A DNA stretch of 64,000 nt from an uncultured Acidobacteriota bacterium (GCA_963828465.1 CAWHEU010000018.1:224001-288000); one strand, 5' to 3'; numbered from the stretch's first letter, positions 9,811 to 21,417 are shown. Notes: generated by a model from the letters alone, not told the origin. Translations and numbers: made by a program.

Positions 9811-11805
9811 TCAAGTTCGGGCCACCTCACGAATCAGGTAGGCCTCGATGTTGTCGCCTTCCTTGATGTCGTTGTAGTTCTCCAGCCCGATTCCGCACTC
9901 GAACCCGGAGGCCACTTCGCGCACGTCGTCCTTGAATCGCTTCAGCGATGAGATGACGCCGTCGTGGATGACCACCCCGTCACGGATGAGCCGGGCGCGA
10001 GCCCCGCGCTGGACGACACCCTCGATGACATAGCACCCGGCCACGGACCCGATCCGGGGTACCTTGAAAACGGCCCTGACCTCGGCGGTGCCCAATACCT
10101 GCTCGTGTTCCTCGGGGGCCAACTGACCGACGAGCAACTGCTCGACCTCGTCGAGCAGCTCGTAGATGATCCCGTAGGTACGGATCTCGACCCCGGCTTC
10201 CTCGGCTGCCTTGCGGGCCTTTGGCTCGGGGCGGACGTTGAAGCCGACGATCACTGAGTCGGTCACTTCGGCGAGTGTCACGTCGTTCTCGTTGATCCCG
10301 CCGACTGCACCGTGCAGCACCTGGATCTTGCCGCCCTCTCGCCCGATCTTCGAGATCGATTCCCGCAGGGCCTCGAGTGACCCATGCGCATCGGCCTTGA
10401 TGATGACGTTCAGAGTGGCGTCCTCGGTGCGCAGCTGGTCGAGCAGTGTCTGGAGTCGGTCGCGGGCCGAGGGCATGGCCTGGCTGACCGACCTGAGCAC
10501 CTCCTCGCGCTCGGAGGCGATGCGGCGCGCCTCCTTGTCGCTCTCGACAACTGTGAAGAAGTCGCCGGCGGTCGGGATCTCGTCCCAACCCATGATCTGG
10601 ACCGGTGTCGACGGACCTGCTTCTTTGACCTGATTTCCATTCTCATCCATCAGGGCGCGAGCGCGCCCCGAAACCGCTCCTGCCACAAACGGGTCACCAG
10701 TCCTCAATGTGCCCCGCTGGATGATGACAGAGGCGACAGCGCCCTTGCCTCGCTCGAGCTGGGCCTCGACGACGACACCGGACGCCTCGGCTTTCGGGTT
10801 CGCCTTGAACTCCTCGAGCTGAGCTATGAGGTCCACTACCTCCAGCAACTCGTCGACGCCGTCACCATTGATCGCGGAGACCTCCAAGCTGGGGACATCT
10901 CCGCCGAGCTCTTCGGTGAGGACGTCGTGCTCGGTAAGTTCGGTCCGCACACGGAGCGGGTCGGCTCCGGGAAGATCGACCTTGTTGACGGCCACGATCA
11001 TCTTCACCTCTGCCGCCTTGGCGTGTGAGATGGCTTCGATCGTCTGGGGCATGACGCCGTCATTGGCAGCCACCACGAGGATCACGATGTCGGTGATGTT
11101 CGCTCCACGTGCCCGCAGGGAGGTGAATGCCTCGTGACCCGGCGTGTCGATGAATGTGATGGGATGTCCGTTGACATCGACCTGGTAGGCGCCGATGTGT
11201 TGGGTGATCCCACCCAGCTCTCCTTCGACCACGCTGGTCTTGCGGATCGAGTCGAGAAGTGTGGTTTTTCCGTGGTCCACATGCCCCATCACGGTCACAA
11301 CAGGCGGGCGAGGGGCGAGCTCCGATTCTGAATCTTCGAAAACCGGACGCTCGGCGACCGCCGGGGGAGGCGGTGGCGCTTCGATGTCGACGATGAACCC
11401 GAACGACTCGGCCACACCCTCGATCAACTCCGGGGGCATCGTCTGGCCCGCTCCAACCGCCTGGCCAAGGGTCATGAGCTGGGCAACCACGTCCTTGGCC
11501 GGAACCCTAAGTGCGTCTGCGAACTCGGTCACTGAGGCGCCGGACGGGACGGACACGATGTCGAGCTCGGCCTCGGGCTCCGGGGCCGGCTCGGCAGCGA
11601 CCTCTTCCTCGGCTTCTGACTCTGCCTCGGGTTCTACCTCGACCACCTCTGGCTCATCGCCGGCGACGGCGAGACGCAAGAGTTCCGCCGACTCGTCATC
11701 GAGCCCGGATGAGGCGGTCTTCACTTCGATCCCCAGCTCATGGGCCTGCGCGAGCAACTCTTTCGAATCGATCCCCAGGTCCTTGGCCAGCTCGTAAACC
11801 CTCAC
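9811..11805 (-). CDS. infB: Translation initiation factor IF-2
   Basis: [25 protein letters not shown] and NKVD motifs. Confidence 0.98.
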   Translation of the reverse strand: MRVYELAKDLGIDSKELLAQAHELGIEVKTASSGLDDESAELLRLAVAGDEPEVVEVEPEAESEAEEEVAAEPAPEPEAELDIVSVPSGASVTEFADALRVPAKDVVAQLMTLGQAVGAGQTMPPELIEGVAESFGFIVDIEAPPPPPAVAERPVFEDSESELAPRPPVVTVMGHVDHGKTTLLDSIRKTSVVEGELGGITQHIGAYQVDVNGHPITFIDTPGHEAFTSLRARGANITDIVILVVAANDGVMPQTIEAISHAKAAEVKMIVAVNKVDLPGADPLRVRTELTEHDVLTEELGGDVPSLEVSAINGDGVDELLEVVDLIAQLEEFKANPKAEASGVVVEAQLERGKGAVASVIIQRGTLRTGDPFVAGAVSGRARALMDENGNQVKEAGPSTPVQIMGWDEIPTAGDFFTVVESDKEARRIASEREEVLRSVSQAMPSARDRLQTLLDQLRTEDATLNVIIKADAHGSLEALRESISKIGREGGKIQVLHGAVGGINENDVTLAEVTDSVIVGFNVRPEPKARKAAEEAGVEIRTYGIIYELLDEVEQLLVGQLAPEEHEQVLGTAEVRAVFKVPRIGSVAGCYVIEGVVQRGARARLIRDGVVIHDGVISSLKRFKDDVREVASGFECGIGLENYNDIKEGDNIEAYLIREVART

Positions 11806-11817
11806 GTCTAGAAACCC

Positions 11818-13008
11818 CTATTCGCTCTCGTCATCCGTGGCGTCGGTGACTGCATCCTCGGCCGTCGGGGCGTCCTCGTCGTCGGATGCGGGCACGTCGG
11901 TCTCGACTGCTTCCTCGACCGACACCTCGTCGGTGGAAGCCTCATCCGTGGTGACGGCCTCGGCCGGAGCGGCATCATCGGCCGGAGCGGCTTCTTCGGA
12001 CGGGGCGGCTTCCGGCACCGCCTCCTCGACCTCGACACCTTCCATGTCGGATCGGATGTCCACCTTGTAGCCGGAGAGCCGGGCAGCAAGCCGGGCATTC
12101 TGACCCTCCTTGCCGATCGCCAGGGAGAGCTGGTGCTCGGAAACGACCACGTCGGCGGTCTTGGTCTCTTCGTCGATATGGACTTCCTTGACCTTGGCCG
12201 GGCCCAGTGCCTCGGCGATGAACTGGCCAATGTCGTCACGCCACTGGACCACGTCTACCTTCTCGCCCCGCAGCTCGTTGACGACCTGGCGGACCCGGGA
12301 TCCTCTGGCGCCCACGCAGGCCCCCTTGGGATCCACATTGGGATCGTGTGAGATCACGGCGATCTTGGTGCGGTGGCCAGGCTCGCGGGCGATGTTGACG
12401 ATCTCGACCGTGCCATCGGTCAGCTCCGGCACCTCGAGCTCGAGCAGGCGTCGCACCAGGTCAGGGTGGCTGCGGGAGACCACGATCTGGGCGCCCTTGG
12501 CCTCGTTGCGCACCTCCAGGATGAGAGCCTTCACCCGGTTGCCACGCTCCAGACGCTCGAACGGAATCCGCTCGGAGCCGGGGAGGATCGCCTCGGCGTC
12601 GCCGAGATCGAGGATCACGGACCGGTAATCCACCTGCTGGACCAACCCGGTCACGAGGTCGCCCTCACGACCTTCGTACATCTCGAACACGTGCTCGCGC
12701 TTTGCCTCACGCAGCTTGTGCTGCATCACCTGCTTGAAGGACTGCGCGGCGATGCGGCCAAAGGCCTCCCCCTCGGGGGTGTCTTCCCACTCCTTCACGA
12801 CGTTGCCGTCCTCGTCCAATTCCTGGGCGTACACGATGACTTCACCGGAATCGGGGTCGATGGTGACCCTGGCCTCCTCCGCCGCTCCCGGGCTCCGCTT
12901 GTACGCGGCGACAAGGGCGTTGGCGAACGCGTCGAGGATGGTGTCGATGGCCACTCCCCGTTCCCGGGCGAGTACCTCGATTGCCTCCATCATCGTGTCG
13001 AGCTTCAT
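11818..13008 (-). CDS. nusA: Transcription termination/antitermination factor NusA
   Basis: FGRIAAQ, AREPGHRTKIAV and LSLAIGKEGQNARLA motifs. Confidence 0.98.
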   Translation of the reverse strand: MKLDTMMEAIEVLARERGVAIDTILDAFANALVAAYKRSPGAAEEARVTIDPDSGEVIVYAQELDEDGNVVKEWEDTPEGEAFGRIAAQSFKQVMQHKLREAKREHVFEMYEGREGDLVTGLVQQVDYRSVILDLGDAEAILPGSERIPFERLERGNRVKALILEVRNEAKGAQIVVSRSHPDLVRRLLELEVPELTDGTVEIVNIAREPGHRTKIAVISHDPNVDPKGACVGARGSRVRQVVNELRGEKVDVVQWRDDIGQFIAEALGPAKVKEVHIDEETKTADVVVSEHQLSLAIGKEGQNARLAARLSGYKVDIRSDMEGVEVEEAVPEAAPSEEAAPADDAAPAEAVTTDEASTDEVSVEEAVETDVPASDDEDAPTAEDAVTDATDDESE

Positions 13009-13017
13009 GATTCTCCT

Positions 13018-13489
13018 TCAGTGGCCCGGCTTAGGCGCCTTTTCCCACCTGAACACCGTCTTGGCGGTGAGCACGTCTTCGTAGTCGACTACCCGGCGCT
13101 CTTCATCGCTCTCCACCGTGAACGCCGAGTCACCGGCGTCGGCCAGGACTCCTCTGATGGTCGCCTTCTGGTCGCCATCGGCGATCTTGACCACGACCTC
13201 ACGACCAACCGACTTGGTGTAGTGCGACGGGCGACGAAGAGCTCTCTCCAGACCCGGCGAAGTCACCTCGAGCCGGTACGCCTCGACCAGTGCGGTTTCG
13301 TTGTCGAGCAAACCGCGACAGGCCACGCGAGACATCGGCGAGACGATCGATGTTGACGTCCTCGCCGTCGACAACGACACGGAGGAGTGTTCCCGGCCCG
13401 CGGCCGAGCAACTCGACATCGTCGAGCTCGAGCCTCTCGGCGGCGAGATAGGGCTCCACCACCGTCCAAATCTCTGCAGCAGTCGTCAA
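13018..13489 (-). CDS. rimP: Ribosome maturation factor RimP (frameshift near 13311)
   Basis: LRVVVDGEDVNIDRLADVSRGLSR continues as LLDNE..YRLEVTSPGLERAL in another frame; one extra base in a short T-run. Confidence 0.9.
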
Positions 13490-13538
13490 AATGCCTGCTC
13501 CTGGCGCCGTCCTGCCATCGCAATGACAGTTATCGCGC

Positions 13539-13573
13539 AAAAAATACAGGCGGGTGCCAAAGGCGCCCACCTG
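13539..13573 (-). promoter_or_regulatory. rimP leader attenuator-like hairpin
   Basis: CAGGTGGGCGCC-TTT-GGCACCCGCCTG followed by TATTTTTT upstream of rimP; a TATAAT -10 box lies at 13601-13606 on the minus strand. Confidence 0.7.
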
Positions 13574-13640
13574 GTTCAAAGCGTCCTGTTGTCCAGTCGC
13601 ATTATAAGCCCACCCCGGGACTCTTGCGGCGGGGTCCGGG

Positions 13641-15359
13641 TCAGGTCCCGTGACGCTGGGCGACGACCAGCTCCGCCAGCTTTTCCCCCACGTCGGCAAT
13701 CGCCACCTCTTCCATGCTCAAATCCCGACGGGCGGTCATCTCGAAAATGCCCTGTTCTACACCGCGGGGTCCGACAGTCACCCTGTATGGGATGCCGATC
13801 AGCTCGGCGTCGGCGAACTTGACGCCCGGCCGCTCCTCACGATCGTCCAGGAGGACCTCGACACCGGCTGACCCCAGTTCCGTGTAGAGCCTCTCGGCGG
13901 CATCGAGGGTGGGTTGATCATCGGCCCTCACCACGGTGATAACCGCCTCGTAGGGCGCCACTGAGACGGGCCAGATGATCCCCTTATCGTCGTGGAAGGT
14001 CTCCACGACTGCCGCCATGCCCCGTTCCACACCAATGCCATAGGAGCCCATGATGATCGGGTGGCTGTCACCCTTCTCGTCCTGGACATACACGCCGAAG
14101 GTCTCGGAGTACTTGGTCCCCAGCTTGAAGATGTGACCGACCTCGATCCCCTTCCAGAGCTCGAGTTCGCCGCCGCACAACGGGCAGGGCTCCCCCGAAT
14201 GCACCTCCCTGACATCGGCCCATTGGCTCACCTCGATGTCGCGGCCGACATCGACGCCGGAGTGATGCCAGTCGTCCTCGTTTGCGCCCGTGACCAGGTT
14301 GAACCGGCCCCGGAGCGCCTCATCGGCGATGATCCTCGGACCCTTGACACCGACGGCGCCCAGACTCCCGGGGTCCGCCCCGAGCAGCGGCCTGATCTCT
14401 TCAGGAGTGGCGGCGCGGGCTTCGACGGCGGCCGTCGCATCGAGAAGCTTCTGCTCCTGGAGATCGTGGTCACCGCGGAGCAGCACCAGCACCTGCTCGC
14501 CGTCCAGGACATAGACCAGGGTCTTGATCTGACGCTCAGGCGTTGCGACGTCGGGATGAGCCTCGGCCAGGGCCTTGATCGTCCGCAATCCGGGTGTCGG
14601 GAAGCGGTCCAAGTCAGCCGAATCACCATCGTCCACTTCCGCCACCGCGGAGATCGCCCTCTCCACATTGGCCCGGTAGTCACAATTGGAACAGGTGACG
14701 ATCCAGTCCTCTCCGGCATCGCTGCGCACCATGAACTCGACCGATTCCGAGCCACCCATTGCACCTGAGGAGGCCTCGACACCGAGGGCGTCGAGGCCCA
14801 TGCGGGCGAAGATGCGCTGGTAGGCCCCACGGTGCTTCTCGAAGCCGGCATCGAGCCCGGCACGATCGATGTCGAGGGTGTACGCGTCCTTCATGGTGAA
14901 CTCGCGGACACGGAGGAGACCGGACTTGGGGCGTGCCTCGTCCCGGAACTTGGTGTGCATCTGGTACCAGATCTGGGGCATGTCGCGATACGAGGAGAGC
15001 TCCATGGCAGTGATGGCGAAGATCTCCTCCTCTGTCATCCCCAGGACGAGATCAGCCCCCTTGCGATCGACGAGCTTGTACAGGTTTTCACCCATCAACT
15101 CGTAGCGGCCCGACTTCCGCCAGATCTCGGCGGGATGGAGCGTCGGCGGCATCATCTCCTGCCCGCCAATGGCGTTCATCTCCTCGCGGATGATGTTGGC
15201 CACTTTGAGCCGGACCCGTTGGCCGAGAGGGAGGATGGTGTAGGAGCCCGCCGCCAGCTGTCGGATGAAACCGCCCCGCACGAGGAGCACATGGCTCACG
15301 GCTTCGGCGTCCGCCGGGGCATCACGGAGAGTCGGGATGAAGGCTTCGGACCAGCGCAT
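13641..15359 (-). CDS. proS: Proline--tRNA ligase
   Basis: KFRDEARPKSGLLRVREFTMKD, editing insertion domain, GIEVGHIFKLG and MGSYGIGV motifs. Confidence 0.98.
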   Translation of the reverse strand: MRWSEAFIPTLRDAPADAEAVSHVLLVRGGFIRQLAAGSYTILPLGQRVRLKVANIIREEMNAIGGQEMMPPTLHPAEIWRKSGRYELMGENLYKLVDRKGADLVLGMTEEEIFAITAMELSSYRDMPQIWYQMHTKFRDEARPKSGLLRVREFTMKDAYTLDIDRAGLDAGFEKHRGAYQRIFARMGLDALGVEASSGAMGGSESVEFMVRSDAGEDWIVTCSNCDYRANVERAISAVAEVDDGDSADLDRFPTPGLRTIKALAEAHPDVATPERQIKTLVYVLDGEQVLVLLRGDHDLQEQKLLDATAAVEARAATPEEIRPLLGADPGSLGAVGVKGPRIIADEALRGRFNLVTGANEDDWHHSGVDVGRDIEVSQWADVREVHSGEPCPLCGGELELWKGIEVGHIFKLGTKYSETFGVYVQDEKGDSHPIIMGSYGIGVERGMAAVVETFHDDKGIIWPVSVAPYEAVITVVRADDQPTLDAAERLYTELGSAGVEVLLDDREERPGVKFADAELIGIPYRVTVGPRGVEQGIFEMTARRDLSMEEVAIADVGEKLAELVVAQRHGT

Positions 15360-15407
15360 TTGTTCAGTCAACTATCAGGTTTCGGAGCAGGCGACGGTAG
15401 TAACCAG

Positions 15408-16616
15408 TCAATCGGACTTGGCGACTTCGGCGACCTTGGCCCGACGGTCCTGGGAGCGATTGACATCGCCCTGGATCTGGATCAACTCCTCGCGGGCAGC
15501 GGCGGCCAGTTCGGCGGCGTTCGCCTCGGCGTGAGCAAGTCTGCTCTCCACGCCCTCCTCTACCAATTTCCGGGCTTCGTCGAGAAGTGCCTCGACCATC
15601 TCGGACTCGGGCACGACCCTCACCACCTGGCCTTTTATGAACAAATGGCCCCTCCCCCGGCCGGCGGCGATACCGATGTCAGCCTCCCGTGCCTCTCCCG
15701 GGCCGTTGACGACACAGCCCATGACGGCGACCTGGATCGGGAGGTTTTCCGCCTCCAGGGCGGTCTGCGCCCGGGTGGCCACATCGATGACATCGACCTC
15801 TGCTCGTCCGCAGGAGGGGCAGGCGATGAGGTCGAGGCCCTTCCGCTCGCGAAGACCGAGGTTCTCCAGAAGCTGGCGACCGGCCTTTGCCTCCTCGACC
15901 GGGTCGGCGGTGAGGGAGAAGCGAATGGTGTCACCGATCCCTTCGTTGAGCAGGGTGGCGATCCCGGCAACCGATTTGATGAGCCCGGCTGGAGGTGGTC
16001 CTGCCTCTGTCACCCCGAGGTGGAGCGGGTAATCGACTGTCTCTGAGAGGAGCCGGTAGGACTCGATCATCGACGGCACATTGGAGTGCTTGACCGAGAT
16101 CTTGATGTCTTCGAAGTCGACATCCTGGAGATAGCGGATCTCGAGGAGGGCGGAGTCGACCAAAGCCTGAGGGACCGGGCTTCCGTATTTCTCGAGGAGA
16201 TCCTTGTCCAACGAGCCGGCGTTGACCCCGACACGGATCGGCACTCCGCGGTCCTTGGCCTCGCGGGCAACAGACTTGATCTGGTCTTCCTTGCGGATGT
16301 TGCCGGGGTTGAGCCGGAGCCCCTGGACGCCCGCCTCGAGTGCGGCCAGGGCGAGCCGGTACTGGTAATGGATGTCGGCAATGATCGGGACCGGCGATCT
16401 GGGGACGATCTCGGCCAGACCCTGTGCCGCCTCCACCTCATTGCAGGTGATGCGAACGATGTCGGCGCCGGCCCCCGCCAGCGCATACACCTGGGCCAGG
16501 GTGCCGTCCACGTCGGCGGTCTTGGTGGTCGTCATCGACTGGACCGAGATGGGCGCATCGCCCCCCACGGCGACGTTTCCGACTTGGAGTTGCCGGGTCC
16601 TGTGGCGGGTGATCAT
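15408..16616 (-). CDS. ispG: 4-hydroxy-3-methylbut-2-enyl diphosphate synthase
   Basis: VQSMTTT, RLNPGNI, HLGVTEAG, CPSCGR and MGCVVNGPGE motifs. Confidence 0.97.
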   Translation of the reverse strand: MITRHRTRQLQVGNVAVGGDAPISVQSMTTTKTADVDGTLAQVYALAGAGADIVRITCNEVEAAQGLAEIVPRSPVPIIADIHYQYRLALAALEAGVQGLRLNPGNIRKEDQIKSVAREAKDRGVPIRVGVNAGSLDKDLLEKYGSPVPQALVDSALLEIRYLQDVDFEDIKISVKHSNVPSMIESYRLLSETVDYPLHLGVTEAGPPPAGLIKSVAGIATLLNEGIGDTIRFSLTADPVEEAKAGRQLLENLGLRERKGLDLIACPSCGRAEVDVIDVATRAQTALEAENLPIQVAVMGCVVNGPGEAREADIGIAAGRGRGHLFIKGQVVRVVPESEMVEALLDEARKLVEEGVESRLAHAEANAAELAAAAREELIQIQGDVNRSQDRRAKVAEVAKSD

Positions 16617-16621
16617 CCCGA

Positions 16622-17722
16622 TCAGAGACTTATCGGGTTGACGATGTCGAGGACAATCGCCACGAACCCGAGGAAAGCGAACAGCCCGATCACTGCAGCC
16701 GCCACCGGGGCCAGCTTCCGGACATTGGCCTCACGGCCGCTGACCTTTTCGTAGGCGGCGACAGCGAAATGCCCGCCGTCGAGCGGGTAGAGGGGCAGGA
16801 GGTTGATGGTGGCCAGGATCACGTTGACGAAAGCGAGGATCCCGAGAAAGGCGGCGGCCGACTCGGTCTGGGTACCGATGTTGACGATGCCGATCGGGCT
16901 CACGGGCCGGATCTCCTCGTCGACATCGGTGTCGCCCGCGAGAACTCCGAGGTATTGCGCCAGGCTGGAGGGCTTGATCATGTCACCGATCGCCTGGAAG
17001 GTGAACCCGATCCCCTCCCACACTTGGGTCCCGGCCACACCGATGGCGCCGATTATCCCCGGGTCATGCGTCGCGATGACCGGGGCGACCCCGAGGAATC
17101 CGGAACCTTCATCGCGCTCAACCAAGGTGACCTCGAGACTGCGGGGCAGGCCGTCGCGCTCGACCACGACGGTGGTAGGCCCTTCGCCGAGTGCGGTCAG
17201 GGCCTCGGGGACATCAGACCATTCGTCGATGCTGTGGTCGCCGATGGACACGATCACATCGTCAGATTCCAGCCCGCCGGCGGCGGCCGGCGTGGGGACA
17301 GTGTCCTCACCAACCAGGACAGTGGGCACCACTTCGTCGACGATCGGCTGCGGCTCAGAGACGCCGTTGGCGAGCACGATCCCGTAGAACAGAAGGAAGG
17401 CGATGAGGAAGTTCATGCCGACCCCGGCGAGCACGACCACACTCTTCTCCCAGAATTTCTTTTCCCGGTAGGTGCGGCCGATGTCGGTCGGGGAGATCTC
17501 CTCGAGGGGGTTCATGCCGATGATGCGCACATATCCCCCGAGAGGGATCGCCTTGACCCCGTACTCGGTCTCGCCGCGACGCCAAGAGAAGATACGAGGC
17601 CCGAAACCGAAGAAGAACTCGGTCACCTTCATCCCGGTTGCCTTGGCCGCAAAGAAATGGCCGGCCTCGTGGGCGGTGACAAAGAGAATGATGGCTGCGG
17701 CCGCAGCAAAGCCTCCGAGCAT
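16622..17722 (-). CDS. rseP: RIP (site-2) zinc metalloprotease, RseP/Rip1-like
   Basis: HEAGH motif, PDZ domain and NLLPLYPLDGGH; lies between dxr and ispG. Confidence 0.9.
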   Translation of the reverse strand: MLGGFAAAAAIILFVTAHEAGHFFAAKATGMKVTEFFFGFGPRIFSWRRGETEYGVKAIPLGGYVRIIGMNPLEEISPTDIGRTYREKKFWEKSVVVLAGVGMNFLIAFLLFYGIVLANGVSEPQPIVDEVVPTVLVGEDTVPTPAAAGGLESDDVIVSIGDHSIDEWSDVPEALTALGEGPTTVVVERDGLPRSLEVTLVERDEGSGFLGVAPVIATHDPGIIGAIGVAGTQVWEGIGFTFQAIGDMIKPSSLAQYLGVLAGDTDVDEEIRPVSPIGIVNIGTQTESAAAFLGILAFVNVILATINLLPLYPLDGGHFAVAAYEKVSGREANVRKLAPVAAAVIGLFAFLGFVAIVLDIVNPISL

Positions 17723-17752
17723 GCGGACACGCTACCCGCGAATCGCCGCTAG

Positions 17753-18898
17753 TCAGCAGGCTCCGGCGATAAACGAAGCTGCGATCTCCCGGCCCTCTCG
17801 GTCTGCGGTGATCACATCGTCCACGGTCTCTAGCGTCCGCCAATCCGACGTCTCGAGGGTGGACGAGACCACCTCGGCGATCCCGAGAAAGCCCAGGCGG
17901 CCATCGAGGAAGGCCGCTACTGCGACCTCATCGGCCGCGTTGAGCACCGCGGGAGAAGACCCACCTTCACGCCCTGCCTCGAAAGCCAGGTCCAGGGCTG
18001 GGAACGAGACGGGATCGGGAGCTTCGAACGTCAGGTCCATCCCGGCCAGGTCGAAGGGGCGGGCCAGGGAAGGTGCCCGCTCCGGTGAAGTCAGCGCGTA
18101 TTGGATCGGGATCCGCATGTCGGGTTGGCCCAGGTGGCCCTTCCACGAACCGTCGACGAACTCGACCGCCGAGTGGAGGATGGACTGCGGGTGGATCAGG
18201 ACGGCTATCCGGTCGTATTCGATGTCGAACAGATGATGGGCCTCGATGACCTCCAGACCTTTGTTGAAGAGCGTGGCTGAGTCGATGGTTATCCGGGGCC
18301 CCATGTCCCAGGTCGGGTGGGCCAGGGCCTCGTCTGGCGTCACCCCGGCCAGTGAGTCGGCGGATCGGCCCCGGAACGGGCCACCGGAGGCCGTCAGGAT
18401 CAGACGTGCCACCGATTCCGGCTCCTCGCCGGCGAGGCACTGAAGGAGGGCCGAATGCTCGCTGTCCACCGGGATCAGCTCGCCGCCGTGCTCGGCCAGC
18501 GCCCGCTTCACCACCGGCCCACCGGCCACGAGACTCTCCTTATTGGCCAGCGCGACCCGATTCCCGCTCTCCAGACCTGCCATCGTCGCCCTCAGCCCGG
18601 CCGCTCCGACTATCCCGTTGACAACGACGGTGCCCGGGATACGTGCCGCGTCGATGACCGCATCGGCGCCGAATTCGACGGACCGCCCCACGACACGTGT
18701 GAAATCCTCGCGCTCCTCGGAGGATCCACCCGCCACCAGAACCCGCGCCTCGGGATGGGCCGACGCCAGCTCCGCGAGCTTTGGAGAAGGCGACCTCGCG
18801 GCGAGGGCGGCGATCTCCAACCCGAGGGAGGTGGTCACCTCGATTGTCTGGGACCCGATGGACCCGGTCGCCCCCAGAACGACCACCGGGCGGGTCAC
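17753..18898 (-). CDS. dxr: 1-deoxy-D-xylulose 5-phosphate reductoisomerase
   Basis: LGATGSIG, LANKESLV, PVDSEH and TASGGPF motifs; true start is GTG at 18898 (the ORF track over-extends it). Confidence 0.96.
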   Translation of the reverse strand: MTRPVVVLGATGSIGSQTIEVTTSLGLEIAALAARSPSPKLAELASAHPEARVLVAGGSSEEREDFTRVVGRSVEFGADAVIDAARIPGTVVVNGIVGAAGLRATMAGLESGNRVALANKESLVAGGPVVKRALAEHGGELIPVDSEHSALLQCLAGEEPESVARLILTASGGPFRGRSADSLAGVTPDEALAHPTWDMGPRITIDSATLFNKGLEVIEAHHLFDIEYDRIAVLIHPQSILHSAVEFVDGSWKGHLGQPDMRIPIQYALTSPERAPSLARPFDLAGMDLTFEAPDPVSFPALDLAFEAGREGGSSPAVLNAADEVAVAAFLDGRLGFLGIAEVVSSTLETSDWRTLETVDDVITADREGREIAASFIAGAC

Positions 18899-20127
18899 AG
18901 CAAACCGAACCCGCGGAACAGGAAGTAGATGGCCGGCGCCACGAACAGGAAGCCGTCGATCCGGTCGAGCATGCCGCCATGGCCGGGGAGCACCGATCCC
19001 ATGTCCTTGACAGCAAGGGAGCGCTTGACCATCGACTCGACGGCGTCGCCCAGGGGCGCGATCACGCCCACGACGGCACCTGCAACCAGGGCCTTGGCGA
19101 TGCCGATGGTCTCCCACGCGGGGAACGTGGCGAGGATCGACGCTACGACAAGGCCGGCGACAAAGCCCCCGATGAGGCCCTCGACGGTCTTGTGAGGAGA
19201 GATCACAGGCGACAGCTTCCGACGGCCGAGGGATCGACCCACGAAATAGGCACCGGTGTCGTTGGCGGCGACCAGAAGGACTACGAACAGGATGTAGGCG
19301 ACCGGGTGGGATCCCTGAGCGATGAGGATGGCGAACGAGAGGAGGCCGACCCAGACCATCCCGCCGATCGTGACCGAGGCGTCCTCCAGGGGCTGGCGTC
19401 GGGGCGACAGAGTAAGGAAGAGGATCGTGACCACGGCAAACGCGGCAGCCCAGCCGGCTATGGCAGCGGCACCGGTCAACTGGGCGCCCACTCCCATGAA
19501 GACGACACCGAGCAGGCCGAACAGGGCAAGTGGGCGGGTCTCCTCGGATCTGACCGTGGCGTAGAACTCGCCAGTGGACACGACCATGGCCAGGATCACG
19601 AAGGCTGCGAACCACCAGCCGCCGAGCAGCAGGCTGCCGAGGAACAAACCGAAGATGACGACGGCGGAACCCACGCGCATGGCCAGATCGCTCGAGGCGG
19701 CCTGTTCGGAAGCCTCGAAGTCCTCTTCGGCGTCGGCACGGGAACCGGTGACGTCCTCGAACCCGACCAGACCGCTGTCGACACCGGGAACCGTGGCCGC
19801 GACAGCCTGCTGCTCCCATTCTTCTTCGGCCGCCCGGCTCACCTCCTCGGCCAAGCCCTGGTACTCCTGGGTGGTCGAGCCGGTGTACTGGTTGGCCTGA
19901 TAGTCATCGAGATTCTGCGGGAAGCTCATCCCCTCGTAGTCGCCCTTGGGCTCGGAGGCCGGGTCATCGTCGACGGCTTCTTCCGGAGCCGCGTCATTGG
20001 CCGACTCGTCCTCCCCCGCATCGTCGTCCTCGAGGAGAGGGGGAAGAGTGAAGACCTCGGCGTCCTCCTCGCCCTCGTCCCAGAGGCGGCTCGGCTCCTT
20101 CTCGTCTTCGGGCGTTCGCTCGCTCAC
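18895..20127 (-). CDS. cdsA: Phosphatidate cytidylyltransferase with long acidic N-terminal extension
   Basis: SPHKTVEG and KDMGSVLPGHGGMLDRID motifs. Confidence 0.93.
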   Translation of the reverse strand: MSERTPEDEKEPSRLWDEGEEDAEVFTLPPLLEDDDAGEDESANDAAPEEAVDDDPASEPKGDYEGMSFPQNLDDYQANQYTGSTTQEYQGLAEEVSRAAEEEWEQQAVAATVPGVDSGLVGFEDVTGSRADAEEDFEASEQAASSDLAMRVGSAVVIFGLFLGSLLLGGWWFAAFVILAMVVSTGEFYATVRSEETRPLALFGLLGVVFMGVGAQLTGAAAIAGWAAAFAVVTILFLTLSPRRQPLEDASVTIGGMVWVGLLSFAILIAQGSHPVAYILFVVLLVAANDTGAYFVGRSLGRRKLSPVISPHKTVEGLIGGFVAGLVVASILATFPAWETIGIAKALVAGAVVGVIAPLGDAVESMVKRSLAVKDMGSVLPGHGGMLDRIDGFLFVAPAIYFLFRGFGLL

Positions 20128-20128
20128 A

Positions 20129-20680
20129 TCAGACCTCGAGAAGCTCTTCTTCTTTGTGATTGAGGAGCCGATCGATCTGATCGACGTACCGGTCGGTCAG
20201 CTTCTGCAACTCATCCTCTCCCCGGCGGATGTCATCGTCGGAGATCTCGCCGTGCATCGCCTCCATGTCGGCCTTGGAATGACGGCGGATATTTCGCACC
20301 GCCACACGTCCCTCTTCAGCCATGTTCTTGACCACCTTGATCAGATCTTTGCGCCGCTCCTCGGTCAGCGGTGGGAAGGCGATCCGGATCACATTGCCGT
20401 CGTTGGTGGGGTTGAGGCTGAGCTCGGAGGTCTGCAACGCCCGTTCGATGTCACCCACGGTCGACTTGTCGAAGGGCTGGACGACCAGCAAGCGGGGCTC
20501 AGGCACAGAGATGGATGCGAGTTGCTGCAGGGGGGTCGGCGACCCGTAGTACTCCACGGTTATCCGCTGGAGAAGCTGGGGATTGGCCCGCCCGGTGCGA
20601 ACTGTTGAGAATTCCGAGGCCACGTGGTCGGTGGCCTGGTCCATCTTGTGCTCGGCCTCGGTCAGGAGGTCGCTGATCAC
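20129..20680 (-). CDS. frr: Ribosome recycling factor
   Basis: VRTGRANP and PPLTEERRKDL motifs. Confidence 0.98.
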   Translation of the reverse strand: MISDLLTEAEHKMDQATDHVASEFSTVRTGRANPQLLQRITVEYYGSPTPLQQLASISVPEPRLLVVQPFDKSTVGDIERALQTSELSLNPTNDGNVIRIAFPPLTEERRKDLIKVVKNMAEEGRVAVRNIRRHSKADMEAMHGEISDDDIRRGEDELQKLTDRYVDQIDRLLNHKEEELLEV

Positions 20681-20692
20681 TGTTCCTCCTCG

Positions 20693-21409
20693 TCAGTGGA
20701 TCACGGTGCCGATCTTCTCGCCGTTCACCGCCTTGACGATGTTGCCAGGTGTCGTCATGTCGAACACGACTATCGGCACACCGTGCTCCTTGCTCATCGT
20801 AACGGCGGTGGTGTCCATGACCCTGAGCTCGTCGGAGATGAAGTCCATGTAGGACAGCTCATCGAGGCGCTTGGCGTCGGGATGGGTGGCGGGGTCGGCG
20901 TCGTAGATGCCATCCACCTTGCTCGCCTTGAGGAGAGCATCGGCTCCGAGCTCGACCGCCCGGAGGGCAGCGGTGGTGTCGGTTGTGAAGAACGGGTTGC
21001 CGGTCCCTGCGGCGAAGATCACGACACGCCCCTTCTCCAGATGGCGGATTGCGCGCAGGCGGATGTAGGGCTCCGCCAGCTCCTGCATGGTGATCGCGCT
21101 CTGAACCCGGGTAGGCACGCCGGCCTTTTCCAGTGCGTCGCGAAGGGCGAGGGCATTGATGACGGTGGCCAGCATCCCCATGTAGTCGGCCGATGCCGGG
21201 TCCATGCCCTTGGCTGCCTGGCTCACCCCGCGAAAGATGTTGCCTCCGCCCACGACTACGGCGATCTGGATGTCGTCGGAGTGCCCTTCGGCGATCTCCT
21301 CAGCAACCCTGACGACAGTCAGGGGATCGATGCCGTATCCGATCCCGGGGTCGGCAAAAGCCTCGCCGGACAGTTTGAGGATGACCCTTCTCACCGGGGG
21401 ATTGGACAA
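20693..21409 (-). CDS. pyrH: UMP kinase
   Basis: [15 protein letters not shown] and GNPFFTTD motifs. Confidence 0.98.
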   Translation of the reverse strand: MSNPPVRRVILKLSGEAFADPGIGYGIDPLTVVRVAEEIAEGHSDDIQIAVVVGGGNIFRGVSQAAKGMDPASADYMGMLATVINALALRDALEKAGVPTRVQSAITMQELAEPYIRLRAIRHLEKGRVVIFAAGTGNPFFTTDTTAALRAVELGADALLKASKVDGIYDADPATHPDAKRLDELSYMDFISDELRVMDTTAVTMSKEHGVPIVVFDMTTPGNIVKAVNGEKIGTVIH

Positions 21410-21417
21410 TTCGCCTC

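Noticed and set aside
17753-19819. 688-aa Dxr with a long N-terminal extension
   Set aside because: The extension overlaps cdsA in another frame; the real start is GTG 18898.
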